From Octopus bimaculoides (taxonomy: Eukaryota), in contig NC_068985.1 in the NCBI RefSeq assembly GCF_001194135.2, positions 24,820,677 through 24,871,545 of the forward strand: a stretch of DNA of 50,869 nt, written 5' to 3'. The translations under genes were made by a program, and so were the position numbers. Positions 25,670 to 37,472 of the stretch are shown here, piece by piece. Under the pieces are notes generated by a model. That model worked only from the letters and a program-made list of their open reading frames with translations, was not told the DNA's origin and made no database searches. Every line of letters starts with the position of its first letter. Within the stretch, counting starts at the first letter, position 1.

Positions 25670-25702
25670 GAGTGAGCGAGCGAGCGAGCGAGCGAGCGAG
25701 CG
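25670..25702. repeat. (GAGC)n microsatellite
   Basis: Seen directly; runs into a gap. Confidence 0.95.
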
Positions 25703-26169
25703 NNNNNNNNNNNNNNNNNNNNNNNNNNNNNNNNNNNNNNNNNNNNNNNNNNNNNNNNNNNNNNNNNNNNNNNNNNNNNNNNNNNNNNNNNNNNNNNNNN
25801 NNNNNNNNNNNNNNNNNNNNNNNNNNNNNNNNNNNNNNNNNNNNNNNNNNNNNNNNNNNNNNNNNNNNNNNNNNNNNNNNNNNNNNNNNNNNNNNNNNNN
25901 NNNNNNNNNNNNNNNNNNNNNNNNNNNNNNNNNNNNNNNNNNNNNNNNNNNNNNNNNNNNNNNNNNNNNNNNNNNNNNNNNNNNNNNNNNNNNNNNNNNN
26001 NNNNNNNNNNNNNNNNNNGAATAAATAATAAAATGAACATGTGTTTGCAAACTGATTTAATTTCTGCCAACACTGACTTCAAGTACGTAATTGCAGCCAA
26101 TAACTGGGGCTCCTTTCATTGAACCTGGGCACAGTTCATTTATTTTTGTTCTATATCTTTTTCACTTCA

Positions 26170-26375
26170 GGTTTTGGGGAATGTTTCATTTTTGTTACAA
26201 TTACATCAAAATTGGGGCATTTTGATGCCAGAGCAATTTCTATACAGTCTCCGGGATCCAATCAATTACTCTGCTTTGTTTTTATGTTCATTAGAGGAAA
26301 ATCCTTGTTTGCAAAGGTAGGTTGTTGCAAAAGGCAGCAACTTTTTGACTGTCTCCTCATGCCAGAAGAAAATTT
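26170..26375 (-). pseudogene. hAT (Buster/Charlie-type) transposase C-terminal dimerisation-domain remnant
   Basis: KKLLPFATTYLCKQGFSS, then after a frameshift MNIKTKQSN*LDPGDCIEIALASKCPNFD. Confidence 0.8.
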
Positions 26376-26779
26376 TCTGTCGTAACAAAGAACATGTTTT
26401 TTATATAATTTTACTTCTGTCTAATAAGTCCTCATTACCCCCAAGAATTTCATTTTCATCCCATTTGAAGTAATTTATTCTGGTTCACCAACCTCTGCTT
26501 TAGTACATCTGTTTACATATTGGCAAAGATGATGCTTGCAAAATATAACAAACTTCAAGAAGAAAATTTCTTAGAGTGTCTTGAGGTTATTCTTATTGAA
26601 AAAAATGGTCTAACCAAAAAAAATAAAACAATATATATATAAGCAAAATACAGACAATATGGCTTTCACTTTTGATAGTCTAGTCTTTTCTGCTGATTCT
26701 AGGGACATAAGTTATGGAGACATAAATATATCAACACTGGCTGTCAAGTAATGTGGAGATGACAAACACAGATTCAAAA

Positions 26780-26820
<41 letters not shown>

Positions 26821-26824
<4 letters not shown>

Positions 26825-27125
26825 AGTAAAAATAAATACAAAAAAGGTGGGTTTTTTGTATGATTGTGTATAGAGGAATATATTATTTTATTTAAAAGAG
26901 TTCCAACACTGTCTGTTTTTTATGTTTTATTTATATTCCTGCAGAACCAATGTGGGGTATAGAATATGGAATATACAATATATAATATAATATACACTAT
27001 ATAATATAAAATAAAATAAAATAAAAATGGATGGCACCATGAAAGAAAGTATTGAATGTAGATGAAATATTGAGTGTTCAATATAAAGGATCAAATATAT
27101 AAATATATAACTATAAATATATAAC

Positions 27126-27167
<42 letters not shown>

Positions 27168-27480
27168 AGTAAAAATAAATACAAAAAAGGTGGGTTTTTT
27201 GTATGATTGTGTATAGAGGAATATATTATTTTATTTAAAAGAGTTCCAACACTGTCTGTTTTTTATGTTTTATTTATATTCCTGCAGAACCAATGTGGGG
27301 TATAGAATATGGAATATACAATATATAATATAATATACACTATATAATATAAAATAAAATAAAATAAAAATGGATGGCACCATGAAAGAAAGTATTGAAT
27401 GTAGATGAAATATTGAGTGTTCAATATAAAGGATCAAATATATAAATATATAACTATAAATATATAACTATAAATATATA
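26821..27480 (+). repeat. Direct tandem duplication, period 343 bp
   Basis: Copies start at 26821 and 27164; appear identical; each bounded by (TA)n. Confidence 0.9.
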
Positions 27481-27492
27481 TATATATATATA

Positions 27493-27660
27493 AGATGGGC
27501 TTCCACACAGTTTCTGTCAACCAAATTCACTCACAAGGCATTGGTCAACCCAGGGCTAAGATAGTATATGCTTGTCCTGGATATCGCACAGTGGTAGGAC
27601 TGAACCTGAAACCACGAGGTAGCAAAACAAGCTTTTTAACCACACAGTCATGACTGTATA
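27493..27660 (-). mobile_element. SINE family A head, diverged
   Basis: Reverse complement of head. Confidence 0.65.
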
Positions 27661-27828
27661 CACTTCTTTTTTGTCACAGCCTAAGCCAACGTCAACTCTG
27701 ACCATCAAAGCCTATGAGAAAAGACATTTCACCTGTGACCATCCCACCTTATTTCCAGACATATAGCATCTATGTTATCCTATGCGTCATTCATCTTCTT
27801 TGAGGTGGTATATGTCAATGACATAAAC

Positions 27829-28250
27829 CAGTGGTTCCCAAATGGTGCAGCACACCTCATTGGTGCAGCAGAAGAGGATAGCCAATGAGGCAGAATGATT
27901 GAAAGACAAGCAAACATTTAGAAACAGTTTCAAAAAATTCATACACCAAAAATAAATATGATTTCAAAATTTAAAATATAATGGATTGCTTGTAATTGCA
28001 TGCAAGAGTTCCAATATAGATAGTTATAAATAATTATTGACCAATTTTATCATTGTGATATTTTTGCATTATATCAAGTATTAAGAATATCGTAACTAGG
28101 GTCCACAAATTGGAGGAGAGGGTTATCAATGATAACATTCTATGAATCCGCATTTATTTCCCTGTAACCCTATCTCTGGACCTTTGGTGAGGTGCAAACA
28201 AATTTTCATTCCAAAAATGCAGCCCAGAGAAAATAGTTAGGGAACCACTG
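27829..28250. mobile_element. hAT (Charlie-like) MITE, 422 bp
   Basis: 11-bp TIR CAGTGGTTCCC at both ends; 8-bp flanks ACATAAAC / ATATATAC (6/8 identical, central TA). Confidence 0.8.
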
Positions 28251-28379
28251 ATATATACAGTGATTTGAGTGTGCTGAACATAGTTATTAGGTTAGTAGAG
28301 ATCATTTATGTACATAACAGTGTAACATATGGTGATGTGTACAAAAAAATAAGACTGTTGTATATAGCCACATTGGTGA

Positions 28380-28600
28380 ATTGTTTAGCCCTAAGACAGC
28401 TTTGACCAAGAAGTTCCATGACCAAAAGCATTCCAACTATGACTATCTCATCTTATTTTCAGAATTAGTACAACTATGATATCATCCAATGTTTAATTAC
28501 CTTCTTTTTAAAAATGGTAGTGTGATTTAAAAGAGATACGGCTGCTATTTCTAAGCACCTATGGCAAGGTTCCTTCACTGACTTGAAATACCTACAGTGA
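28380..28600 (+). repeat. Dispersed repeat family G (also ~9240-9300, 16150-16320, 29390-29520 minus, 45250-45350 minus)
   Basis: Shared gtgatttga(a/g)...(g)gctgctatttctag motif; class not determined. Confidence 0.45.
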
Positions 28601-30316
28601 GTTTAAAAATGAACAGCCAGTAGTCTAATATCCAAGCTGTCCATTTAGCCATTTAGCTTGAACAAAACACAAGGAATCTTAAAAGGAATTAACAAAGATT
28701 GTATGTTACATATGTAACACAATAAATCCAAAGGCCAAATTTTCAGCAATGTAACACTGTTAATAATGTGTTTAGAGCTGGAAGCAATCAATTAGCTATA
28801 AATTTATTAAAACAAATTTTTTTAAACTGCTTTTTACTGTCAATTACAAAATCAGCATTTAATTCTATATCTTTAGTATTTTGAATTTTTTTTTTTTTTT
28901 TTTATGCATTAAAATTAAACAGCAGACATTTTAAATATGTTAGTAACTTTCTTTTATGTATCTATTTTCTAGTGCTGCCAGAGGATTGATAAGACAGAAA
29001 AATTTAGATATCTACATGTGTTCCTAAAGCAGATGTTTTACAATTTCATTCACACTCCACATCTTCCCTCTACCAAGCATTCTAACATCCTCAAGAAAGG
29101 AAATGGCACTTATATATCAGTTAGAGAAACTGAGGAATGTGATGTAATATGGTCTTGCTTAAGGATACAATTCATAAATCTGTTATTTGAAGAGATAGAG
29201 CTATCGTATCTCTTGAAATGCCTAACAGGATAAGATATTTTATTAATCTTAAGATGTTTAAATCTACATCCTATGCAGCCGTCACTGGTCTTCTTGGAGA
29301 GACATCTATTTGTAAGTGCTTCACATTACCTTAAAGCTGAAAGTATTCTGGGAACGTTATCTGTGAAAGACTGATATTGAGTCCAGGAGGAAATTCACCT
29401 CTCCCCTCTGATTGCTTCTACTGAAACTGAAGGAGCCTCTGAAAGACTGCTCGATCTGCTATAGCTGTCAAATCTCCAACAAATTCTGTCTAATCATCTT
29501 TAAAATGAATGAACATACTAGATAATTTGGTCCTGAATTTTCTTTTTCTTTTTTTTTTTTTTTAAATTAAAAAACAAGACAGACAGACACACCTTATAAA
29601 CCAATGGTTTGATGAAGATTTATCTAAAAGAAACAACTTCTTCATCAATATGACAAAAACAATAACTCTGCTCAAAAACTATATTTTCCTGCTTGAACCC
29701 TGCAAGCAACATGAAAGGTAAGCCATTAATTTATTATTAAATCATTATTTATTTATTATTTATTTACACTTCCATATAGGCCATCAGTCAACTACCTTAA
29801 TCATTCAGTTATTTTGTAGGGTAAACGAATGGTTTAATAATGTAACCACAAACCGCTTCCACATTAATCTCTGTAGATATCATACCTCTAATACATTAAT
29901 CATATGACTGTCAGATGCTTAATCTTCAACACAACTGTGTCAGCTTTAAAAAATATAGCGTGTGTATGTGTTTATGAGTGTGCAAGTGTATGTTTATGTA
30001 TAGGTGTATTTATGTGTGTGCACGAGCATATACGAGAGTATGTTACTTCACTCATTCATTCACTCAACGTCTGTTTTCGTTGTTTGTTTTGTTTTTTCCT
30101 TCATGGCATCATGCATTTAGACAGGGAGATATTTGAGGAGGGATCTTACAGCTAGATGCTCTTTCTGTTGCCAACATTTATTGTTTCCAACTAAGGGTTT
30201 GTTTGTTTTTTATTCCAGGTTTTTAAATGCATGGGGCAACCACTTATGTCAGCAAAGAATGTTGACATCGTCACTGTTCTACTCAAATAGTAACAAGCAA
30301 AAGTGCATGCATGCAT

Positions 30317-30380
<64 letters not shown>

Positions 30381-30396
30381 GTATAATAGATCTTTT

Positions 30397-30945
30397 ATCT
30401 TTTACCTGTTTTAGTCATTGGACTGCAGCCATGCTGGGGCACTGCCATGACAGGTTTAATTAAACAAACTGGCCCCAGTACTTTTCAAAAAAAAAAAATC
30501 TTATACTTATTCTATTGGTCTCTTTTAGACAAACTGCTAAGTTAGGGAAAGTAAACAAACCAAGTGCAGTTGTCAAGCAGTGGAGGAGGACACTCACACA
30601 CACAACCAAATCCACTCACAAGAATTTGGCTAGTCCAGAGCTATTGCAGAAGACAGCTGTCCAAAGTGCAACACAGTGGGACTGAACTCTGAACCATGTG
30701 GTCAGGAAGCAAACTTCTTACCACACAGCCACACCTGCACCTATGTGTATGTGTGTGTCTGTATGTGAGTGTGTCACAGACTTCCAACAGTTAACGGCTA
30801 CCAAATTCAATCACAAGGAATCAGTTGGTCTATACTGGTTTTAGCAGAAGACACTTGCCTAAGGTGTGATGCAGTGGGACTAAACTCAAGACTATATGAC
30901 TGTGAAGCAAACTTCACTACGCCTCAATGCTTACTCCTCTGTGTG
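30397..30945 (-). mobile_element. Two diverged SINE A copies (30397-30743 full, 30780-30945 head)
   Basis: Reverse complement of tail and head motifs. Confidence 0.65.
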
Positions 30946-31117
30946 CCTCAAACTATAATGAGATGTATATATATGCCTTTCCATGTGTTTGTATGTGTGT
31001 GTACGCATTTAAAAATATTACGTGATTATTCTAGTTTATTCTAGTTAGTGTTCCTGTATGTATGTTTATGTGTATATTTATGCATATGTTTTTTTTTTAT
31101 TGTCTTGCAAGTACTTG

Positions 31118-31445
31118 GTGACCCTGTCAGTGCAGGTGCCACTTAAAAGCACCCAGTCCACACTGTAAAGTGATTGTTGTTTGGAAGGGCATCCAGCTGT
31201 AAAAACCTTGCCAAAACTAGCCTCGCCTGTGTTTGTGCCACATAAAAAGCACTACTCATCTCACCTGTGCTTGCATCACATAAAAAGCACAAAGTCCACT
31301 CTGCTGAGTGGTTGGTGTTAGGAAGGGCATCCAGCCATAAAAATCCTGCCAAAACAGTCACAGAAGTCTGGTGCAGGCTTCTGCCGGCCAGCTCTTGTGG
31401 AACCGTCCCACCCATGCTAGCATGGAAAGCAGACATATGATGCTG
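31118..31445 (+). mobile_element. SINE family B with internal duplication
   Basis: Same structure as 15407-15692. Confidence 0.8.
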
Positions 31446-31779
31446 ATGTATTACTTAGATGATAACTTTAACCTATCAACTGGTAAAACACTACCACATT
31501 TGCCTTTAGTGGTGTCTACTCTGTTCAAAGTACTTGGGCCAGATCTCCAGTCTACTGATAACTTCCTTCTTTCAGCCCACCAGGCCAGGATGTCTTGGAA
31601 GGAATAATAGGGGCTACCCTTCCTCTTCTAAGCCATTACACACTCATTTTAATGTTCCTGTAAATATGTGTATACATGTATGTATGTGTGTATGTATTTA
31701 TGTATACATGTGTGTATATATGTATTTATGTATACATGTGTGCATGTATGTTTGTGAACATGTTATAAATGTATGTAAT

Positions 31780-31900
31780 GGGTGCAGACATGTTGACTCC
31801 GCCTTTCATCATTTCAGAGCCAATAAATGAAGCCAATGTAATCAAGTAACCCCCGTCTCCTGCAAAATTTCAGACCTTGTGCCTATAGTAGAAAAGGTTA
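31780..31900 (+). mobile_element. Family E SINE 3' part; mariner inserted in its (TTA)n tail
   Basis: gactccgcctttcatcatttc...gaccttgtgcctatagtagaaaaggttatt. Confidence 0.6.
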
Positions 31901-32407
31901 TTACCAGGTTGAGGAAAAAGTTTGTGCGCTGTGTTAAAATAATGATTTTTTTAATGCAAGAATTTATTAAAAAACAACAACAACTGTACTTCAAAATAAA
32001 AACAATCATTTTCTACGACCTTCTGCCAATGATCTGCAAAGTACCAATCCTTCGGCGTTGAATCGAAAAATTCTTGACAAGCTTCTTCAACTTAATCGAA
32101 TGACTCAAATCAGCGACCTTTCATAAAGTGTTGCATTGATCAAAAGAGACCGTAGTCAGATGGAGCAACATCTGGACTATAGGCTGGATGTGGCAGAACT
32201 TCCACACCGTCCAATTCTTCAATCTTGTTGCTGGTTTTTCTGGCGGTATGCGACTTTGCATTGTCTTTTTGAAACAAAGCACATTTTCGACGAACAAGTC
32301 TTGGATACTTTTCAACCAGCGCATCGTAGACTCGATCAAGTTACTTGCAATAAAGTTCAGCGACCCTTCGGCACACGTTCAGCACACAAAATTTTTCCTC
32401 AACCTAA
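31901..32407 (-). mobile_element. Internally deleted mariner element with both TIRs
   Basis: TIRs TTA(CC)AGGTTGAGGAAAAAGTTTGTGCGCTG and TTAGGTTGAGGAAAAATTTTGTGTGCTG, TA on both sides; minus-strand frame LDRVYDAL...FQKDNAKSHT...LPHPAYSPDVAPSDYGLF. Confidence 0.9.
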
Positions 32408-32730
32408 TATTAGTGGATGAGAGAATTAGTGGAGCACTAGACAGAATGTACTGAGGTAGTATTAACCCAGGTTAACCCTGTCAAAATTTTGAAGATAGTT
32501 ATATAAATAGGGATAACAAACATACAGAAGCATCTAGTTAACCTTTATTGCAGTAAATAAACCAAATACAATGGTTAAATAAATACAACAAGCCCTATTT
32601 TGCATCCAGTAAACAAACCAAATACAACTGTCCTCAAACGAGGAAATGGGTTAATGATGTTTCTCTGGAATTTAAGTTCAACTCCCACTGAAGACTCATC
32701 TCTTTAAGGGTGGTACAAAAAAAAAAAAAG

Positions 32731-33103
32731 TAGGTGCAGGAGTGGATGTGTGGTAAGAAGCTTGCTTTCCAACCACATGGTTCCAGGTTCAGTCCCACTG
32801 CATGGCATCTTGGGCATGTGTCTTCTACTATAGCCTCGGGCTGATCAAAACCTTGTGAGTGGATTTGGTAGACAGAAACTGGAAGAAGATCATCATGTAT
32901 GTATGCATGCATGCATGTCTGTCTCCTACCATTGCTTGACAACTGATGTTGGTGTGTTTACACCCTTGTAAATTAGAGGTTCAGCAAAATAGACTGATAA
33001 AATAAGTATTAGGTTTACAAAGAATAAGTCCTGGGGTCAATTTGTTCAACTAACGGCAGTACTCCAGCATGGCCACAGTCAAATGACTGAAACACGTAAA
33101 AGA
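32731..33103 (+). mobile_element. SINE family A, full length
   Basis: Head/spacer/tail. Confidence 0.85.
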
Positions 33104-33258
33104 AAAAATATATATATTAAAAGTTCATTTCAATATCCCAAGCCCTATAAATCTATGCTATTATAACAATGTTAAAAGAGGTTAATTTACCCAAATTTCT
33201 GACCTTGTGCCTACATTAGAAATCTGGATAGATAGAATGGTTAAAGAATTTGACAATG

Positions 33259-33670
33259 TAGGCGTAGGAGTGGCTGTGTGGTAAGTAGCTTGCTTACCAA
33301 CCACATGATTCCAGGTTCAGTCCCACTGTGTGGCACCTTGGGCAAGTGTCTTCTACTATAGCCTCGGGCCGACCAAAGCCTTGTGAGTGGATTTGGCAGA
33401 CAGAAACTGAAAAAAGCCCGTCGTATATATGTATATGTATATATGTGTGTGTGTGTTTGTGTGTCTGTGTTTGTCCCCCCCACCCCACCCCCAACATTGC
33501 TTGACTACCGATGCTGGTGTGTTTACGTCCCCGTAACTTAGCGGTTCAGCAAAAAGAGATCAATAGAATAAGTACTAGGGTTACAAAGAATAAGTCCTGG
33601 GGTCAATTTGATCGACTGAAGGCGGTGCTCCAGCATGACCATAGTCAAATAACTGAAACAAGTAAAAGAG
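33259..33670 (+). mobile_element. SINE family A, full length
   Basis: Head/spacer/tail, close to consensus. Confidence 0.9.
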
Positions 33671-33679
33671 TATATATTT

Positions 33680-35045
33680 TGTGATATTTGCTTCAGCTCT
33701 GTATGTTCTGAGTTCAAATCCCACCTTTCTTCACATGGATTGATAAAATAAAGTACCAGTCAAGTACTAGAGTTGGTTTAATAACTTGTCTTATCCCTTA
33801 AATTTGTTGTCTTGTGTCTGCTTTGGAAATAATTATTATTTAATGTTATTGATTTTTACCTTCTGTATGCCATGGTCAAAAAACTGAAATTAGTGCCAAC
33901 TGAATACTAGAAGTGGTTCAACTAACTATTTCTATCTCTAGTCCTGGCAAACGGTAGCCTTAGAACCACATCTAGACAACAGAATTACAATAAACATTTA
34001 TTATTAACAGATGGTTAATGTGGTGAGCTGGTAGAATCATTAGTACACTAGGGAAAATGCTCAGCAGTATGTCGTCCACCTTTATATTCTGAGTTCAAAT
34101 TCCACCAAGGATGAATTAGCTTTTCATACTTTTGGGGTCAATAAAAAAAGTACCACTCGAACGCTGGGATTGATGTAATCGACTTACCCGCTCCCCTGAA
34201 ATTGCTGGCCTTGTGCCAAAATTTAAAATCATTATTAGTGGATGGTTAAATTAATCTAGCTCTGGATGTAATGATTCGAGTTCATAGGCGTAGGAGTGGC
34301 TGTGTGGTAAGTAGCTTGCTTACCAACCACATGGTTCCGGGTTCAGTCCCACTGCGTGGCATCTTGGGCAAGTGTCTTCTACTTTAGCCTCGGGCCTACC
34401 AAAGCCTTGTGAGTGGATTTGGTAGACGGAAACTGAAAGAAGCCCGTCGTATATATGTGTATATATATGTATATATGTGTATGTGTGTGTATGTTTGTGT
34501 GTCTGTGTTTGTCCCCCCAACATCGCTTTGACAACCGATGCTGGTGTGTTTACGTCCCCGTAACTTAGCGGTTCGGCAAAAGAGACGGATAGAATAAGTA
34601 CTAGGCTTTCAAAGAATAAGTACTGGGGTCGAGTTGCTCGACTAAAGGCGGTGCTCCAGCATGGCCACAGTCAAAAGACTGAAACAAGTAAAAGAGTAAA
34701 AGAGTAAATACTGACAGGATCTACTATGTGCTTTTTCCTTCTAGGATCAATAAAGTACCGATCAAATACTAGGGATCGATGTAATCGACAAAAACGTGTG
34801 GAAAATCTGTAAAACTGTCGAGTATCACTAATTCATGCTTTAGTTATTTATTTCCGTTTTTACCATTTTATTTATCTATTCATTTATTTTGATGGGTTAG
34901 ACATCATGCGAAATGCATTGAGGCATCTACTTACGTCCCTTTACTTACTAAGTTCAAATCTGCCAAGACTAACTTTGCTTTTCATTTTCTTGATTTCGAT
35001 AAAATAAGTACCAGCCAAATACTTGGTAGTTAGTCGACTTTTTAG
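33680..35045 (+). mobile_element. Family E SINE copies (33680-33842, 34018-34240, 34905-35045) interleaved with SINE A
   Basis: Same family E core. Confidence 0.7.
34285..34708 (+). mobile_element. SINE family A, full length
   Basis: Head/spacer/tail, CpGs retained. Confidence 0.9.
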
Positions 35046-35501
35046 AAAGTATATCACAATGTACCTCCGTCAATCAGAATCACAATAATTGCTATTCCTG
35101 AAGGTGAAAGAGAAAACTATGATCCAAAATTTCCCAGACAAAACATTTTTTTTGGCAAGAGTTGTTTCCCTTGGCTTATCCGGTTAATATTCATCTTAAA
35201 TTTTTAGAAAGATCATAGAACAATTAAATCATACAATTAATAATATATGAAACGGGTCAAGAATATTTGAGTAATTCTTTTTTTAATATATGACTAAGAA
35301 TTATAATAGCAGCCTTAACGAAAAACAAAAAACTCTTTTTATTTGAGTTCAAACTTTTTTTTTACATGAATTCATTTCCTGAGGATCGCGTAAAGATTTT
35401 TAGACTATTTCCATTTACAGTCTTGCAGATTAAAACGAATGATAAAAATAGGAAAAAAGTTTTCTAAATTATACCATTGAAATAACAGCCCTGTGCGTGC
35501 G

Positions 35502-35504
<3 letters not shown>

Positions 35505-35556
<52 letters not shown>

Positions 35557-35560
35557 AAGA
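35505..35560. repeat. (GA)n microsatellite
   Basis: Seen directly. Confidence 0.95.
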
Positions 35561-35582
35561 GATACTATAAGCTTATTATTAT

Positions 35583-35701
35583 ATAGTGTGCTCAAAAAGT
35601 CTCTCGCAATGAATCTTTTTTCATCCTGCGCATGCAGTGAATGGAATATTTTGAAGGGACTTTGGCCACCAAGGTCACCTGATTTAACACCGCCAGACTT
35701 T
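35583..35701 (+). mobile_element. Tc1/mariner-superfamily transposase fragment running into a gap
   Basis: KGLWPPRSPDLTPPDF catalytic-region motif; probable TIR start tatagtgtgctcaaaaagtc at ~35582. Confidence 0.7.
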
Positions 35702-36548
35702 NNNNNNNNNNNNNNNNNNNNNNNNNNNNNNNNNNNNNNNNNNNNNNNNNNNNNNNNNNNNNNNNNNNNNNNNNNNNNNNNNNNNNNNNNNNNNNNNNNN
35801 NNNNNNNNNNNNNNNNNNNNNNNNNNNNNNNNNNNNNNNNNNNNNNNNNNNNNNNNNNNNNNNNNNNNNNNNNNNNNNNNNNNNNNNNNNNNNNNNNNNN
35901 NNNNNNNNNNNNNNNNNNNNNNNNNNNNNNNNNNNNNNNNNNNNNNNNNNNNNNNNNNNNNNNNNNNNNNNNNNNNNNNNNNNNNNNNNNNNNNNNNNNN
36001 NNNNNNNNNNNNNNNNNNNNNNNNNNNNNNNNNNNNNNNNNNNNNNNNNNNNNNNNNNNNNNNNNNNNNNNNNNNNNNNNNNNNNNNNNNNNNNNNNNNN
36101 NNNNNNNNNNNNNNNNNNNNNNNNNNNNNNNNNNNNNNNNNNNNNNNNNNNNNNNNNNNNNNNNNNNNNNNNNNNNNNNNNNNNNNNNNNNNNNNNNNNN
36201 NNNNNNNNNNNNNNNNNNNNNNNNNNNNNNNNNNNNNNNNNNNNNNNNNNNNNNNNNNNNNNNNNNNNNNNNNNNNNNNNNNNNNNNNNNNNNNNNNNNN
36301 NNNNNNNNNNNNNNNNNNNNNNNNNNNNNNNNNNNNNNNNNNNNNNNNNNNNNNNNNNNNNNNNNNNNNNNNNNNNNNNNNNNNNNNNNNNNNNNNNNNN
36401 NNNNNNNNNNNNNNNNNNNNNNNNNNNNNNNNNNNNNNNNNNNNNNNNNNNNNNNNNNNNNNNNNNNNNNNNNNNNNNNNNNNNNNNNNNNNNNNNNNNN
36501 NNNNNNNNNNATATATATATATAGATATATATATGGACCACACACACA

Positions 36549-36598
<50 letters not shown>

Positions 36599-37009
36599 TA
36601 CATACATACATAATACATACACATACGTACGTACACCAATTGCATACATATTTTTTGTACGCATACATGTTCGTATGTGTGTGTTGCCCGTATATCAACA
36701 AAATACTTTTTTCCTCGATGGGAAAAAAAACAACAAAAGTCTTAACAAAAACTTACTCATCACTAGAAAGGGACTTAACTCATGTTTGTAAACAATTGTG
36801 AATTCTCTGACATAAAAATTGTTAAAAGTTTTGGTTGAAAATTTATTTTTATTGCTATTTGCTGGTGCCTCTGGGGGAAATAAGTTGATGAAAATACAAC
36901 TAGGGTCATGAAGAATGTCCTCCTAAAATTGGAGCGACATGCGTGCTAATTTGTAGACATGCATAAATTACATTCACGTACACACACACACATCCTGCCT
37001 TTTATATAT

Positions 37010-37300
37010 ACAGATGAAGTGTTGCAACTAGTAAATACAAGATCATTACTCTCAACTATTAAAGAAAAAAAGAGAGTTGAAGTACTTTGGTGACGTAGAA
37101 GGAGTACAAGGTATACAAGAACTCTTAATAGAAAGGATGGCAAATGCTGAAAAAGAAGATCTAGAACAAACTGGTTTGATAATATCAAAGACTGAATTAA
37201 ACTATCTGTACAATGAATGTGTAAGAATGGTAGAGAAAAAAACTCAAATGGAGATCCTTGGTATTCAACCGGTTGAAAGATGGTGACAATTAATGAAAAT
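37010..37300 (+). mobile_element. RTE LINE ORF2 C-terminal fragment
   Basis: TDEVLQLVNTRSLLSTIKEKK / LKYFGDV...IQELLIE / YNECVRM resembles the RTE/BovB ORF2 C-terminus; frameshifted. Confidence 0.7.
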
Positions 37301-37472
37301 GAACATGCTTCTTCCACAACCTAGTTGCTTCCTATTAGAATACTGCGTAAATTATTATGCTTAGATAATGGTAAATATGTATGTCACATCCTGTACAACA
37401 GTTACTAAAATAAAAACATTTCAGTCTAAAACTGATAATGTTTACAAGAAAAGATCAAAGAAATATTTTTAC

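Noticed and set aside
33241-34523. Recurrent peptides such as RRASFSFRLPNPLTRLWSAR / YQIHSQGFGRPEAIVEDTCPRCH
   Set aside because: They recur because they are translations of SINE family A, not a gene family.
37077-37286. 69-aa plus-strand ORF as a small novel gene
   Set aside because: It matches the frameshifted C-terminus of an RTE LINE ORF2.
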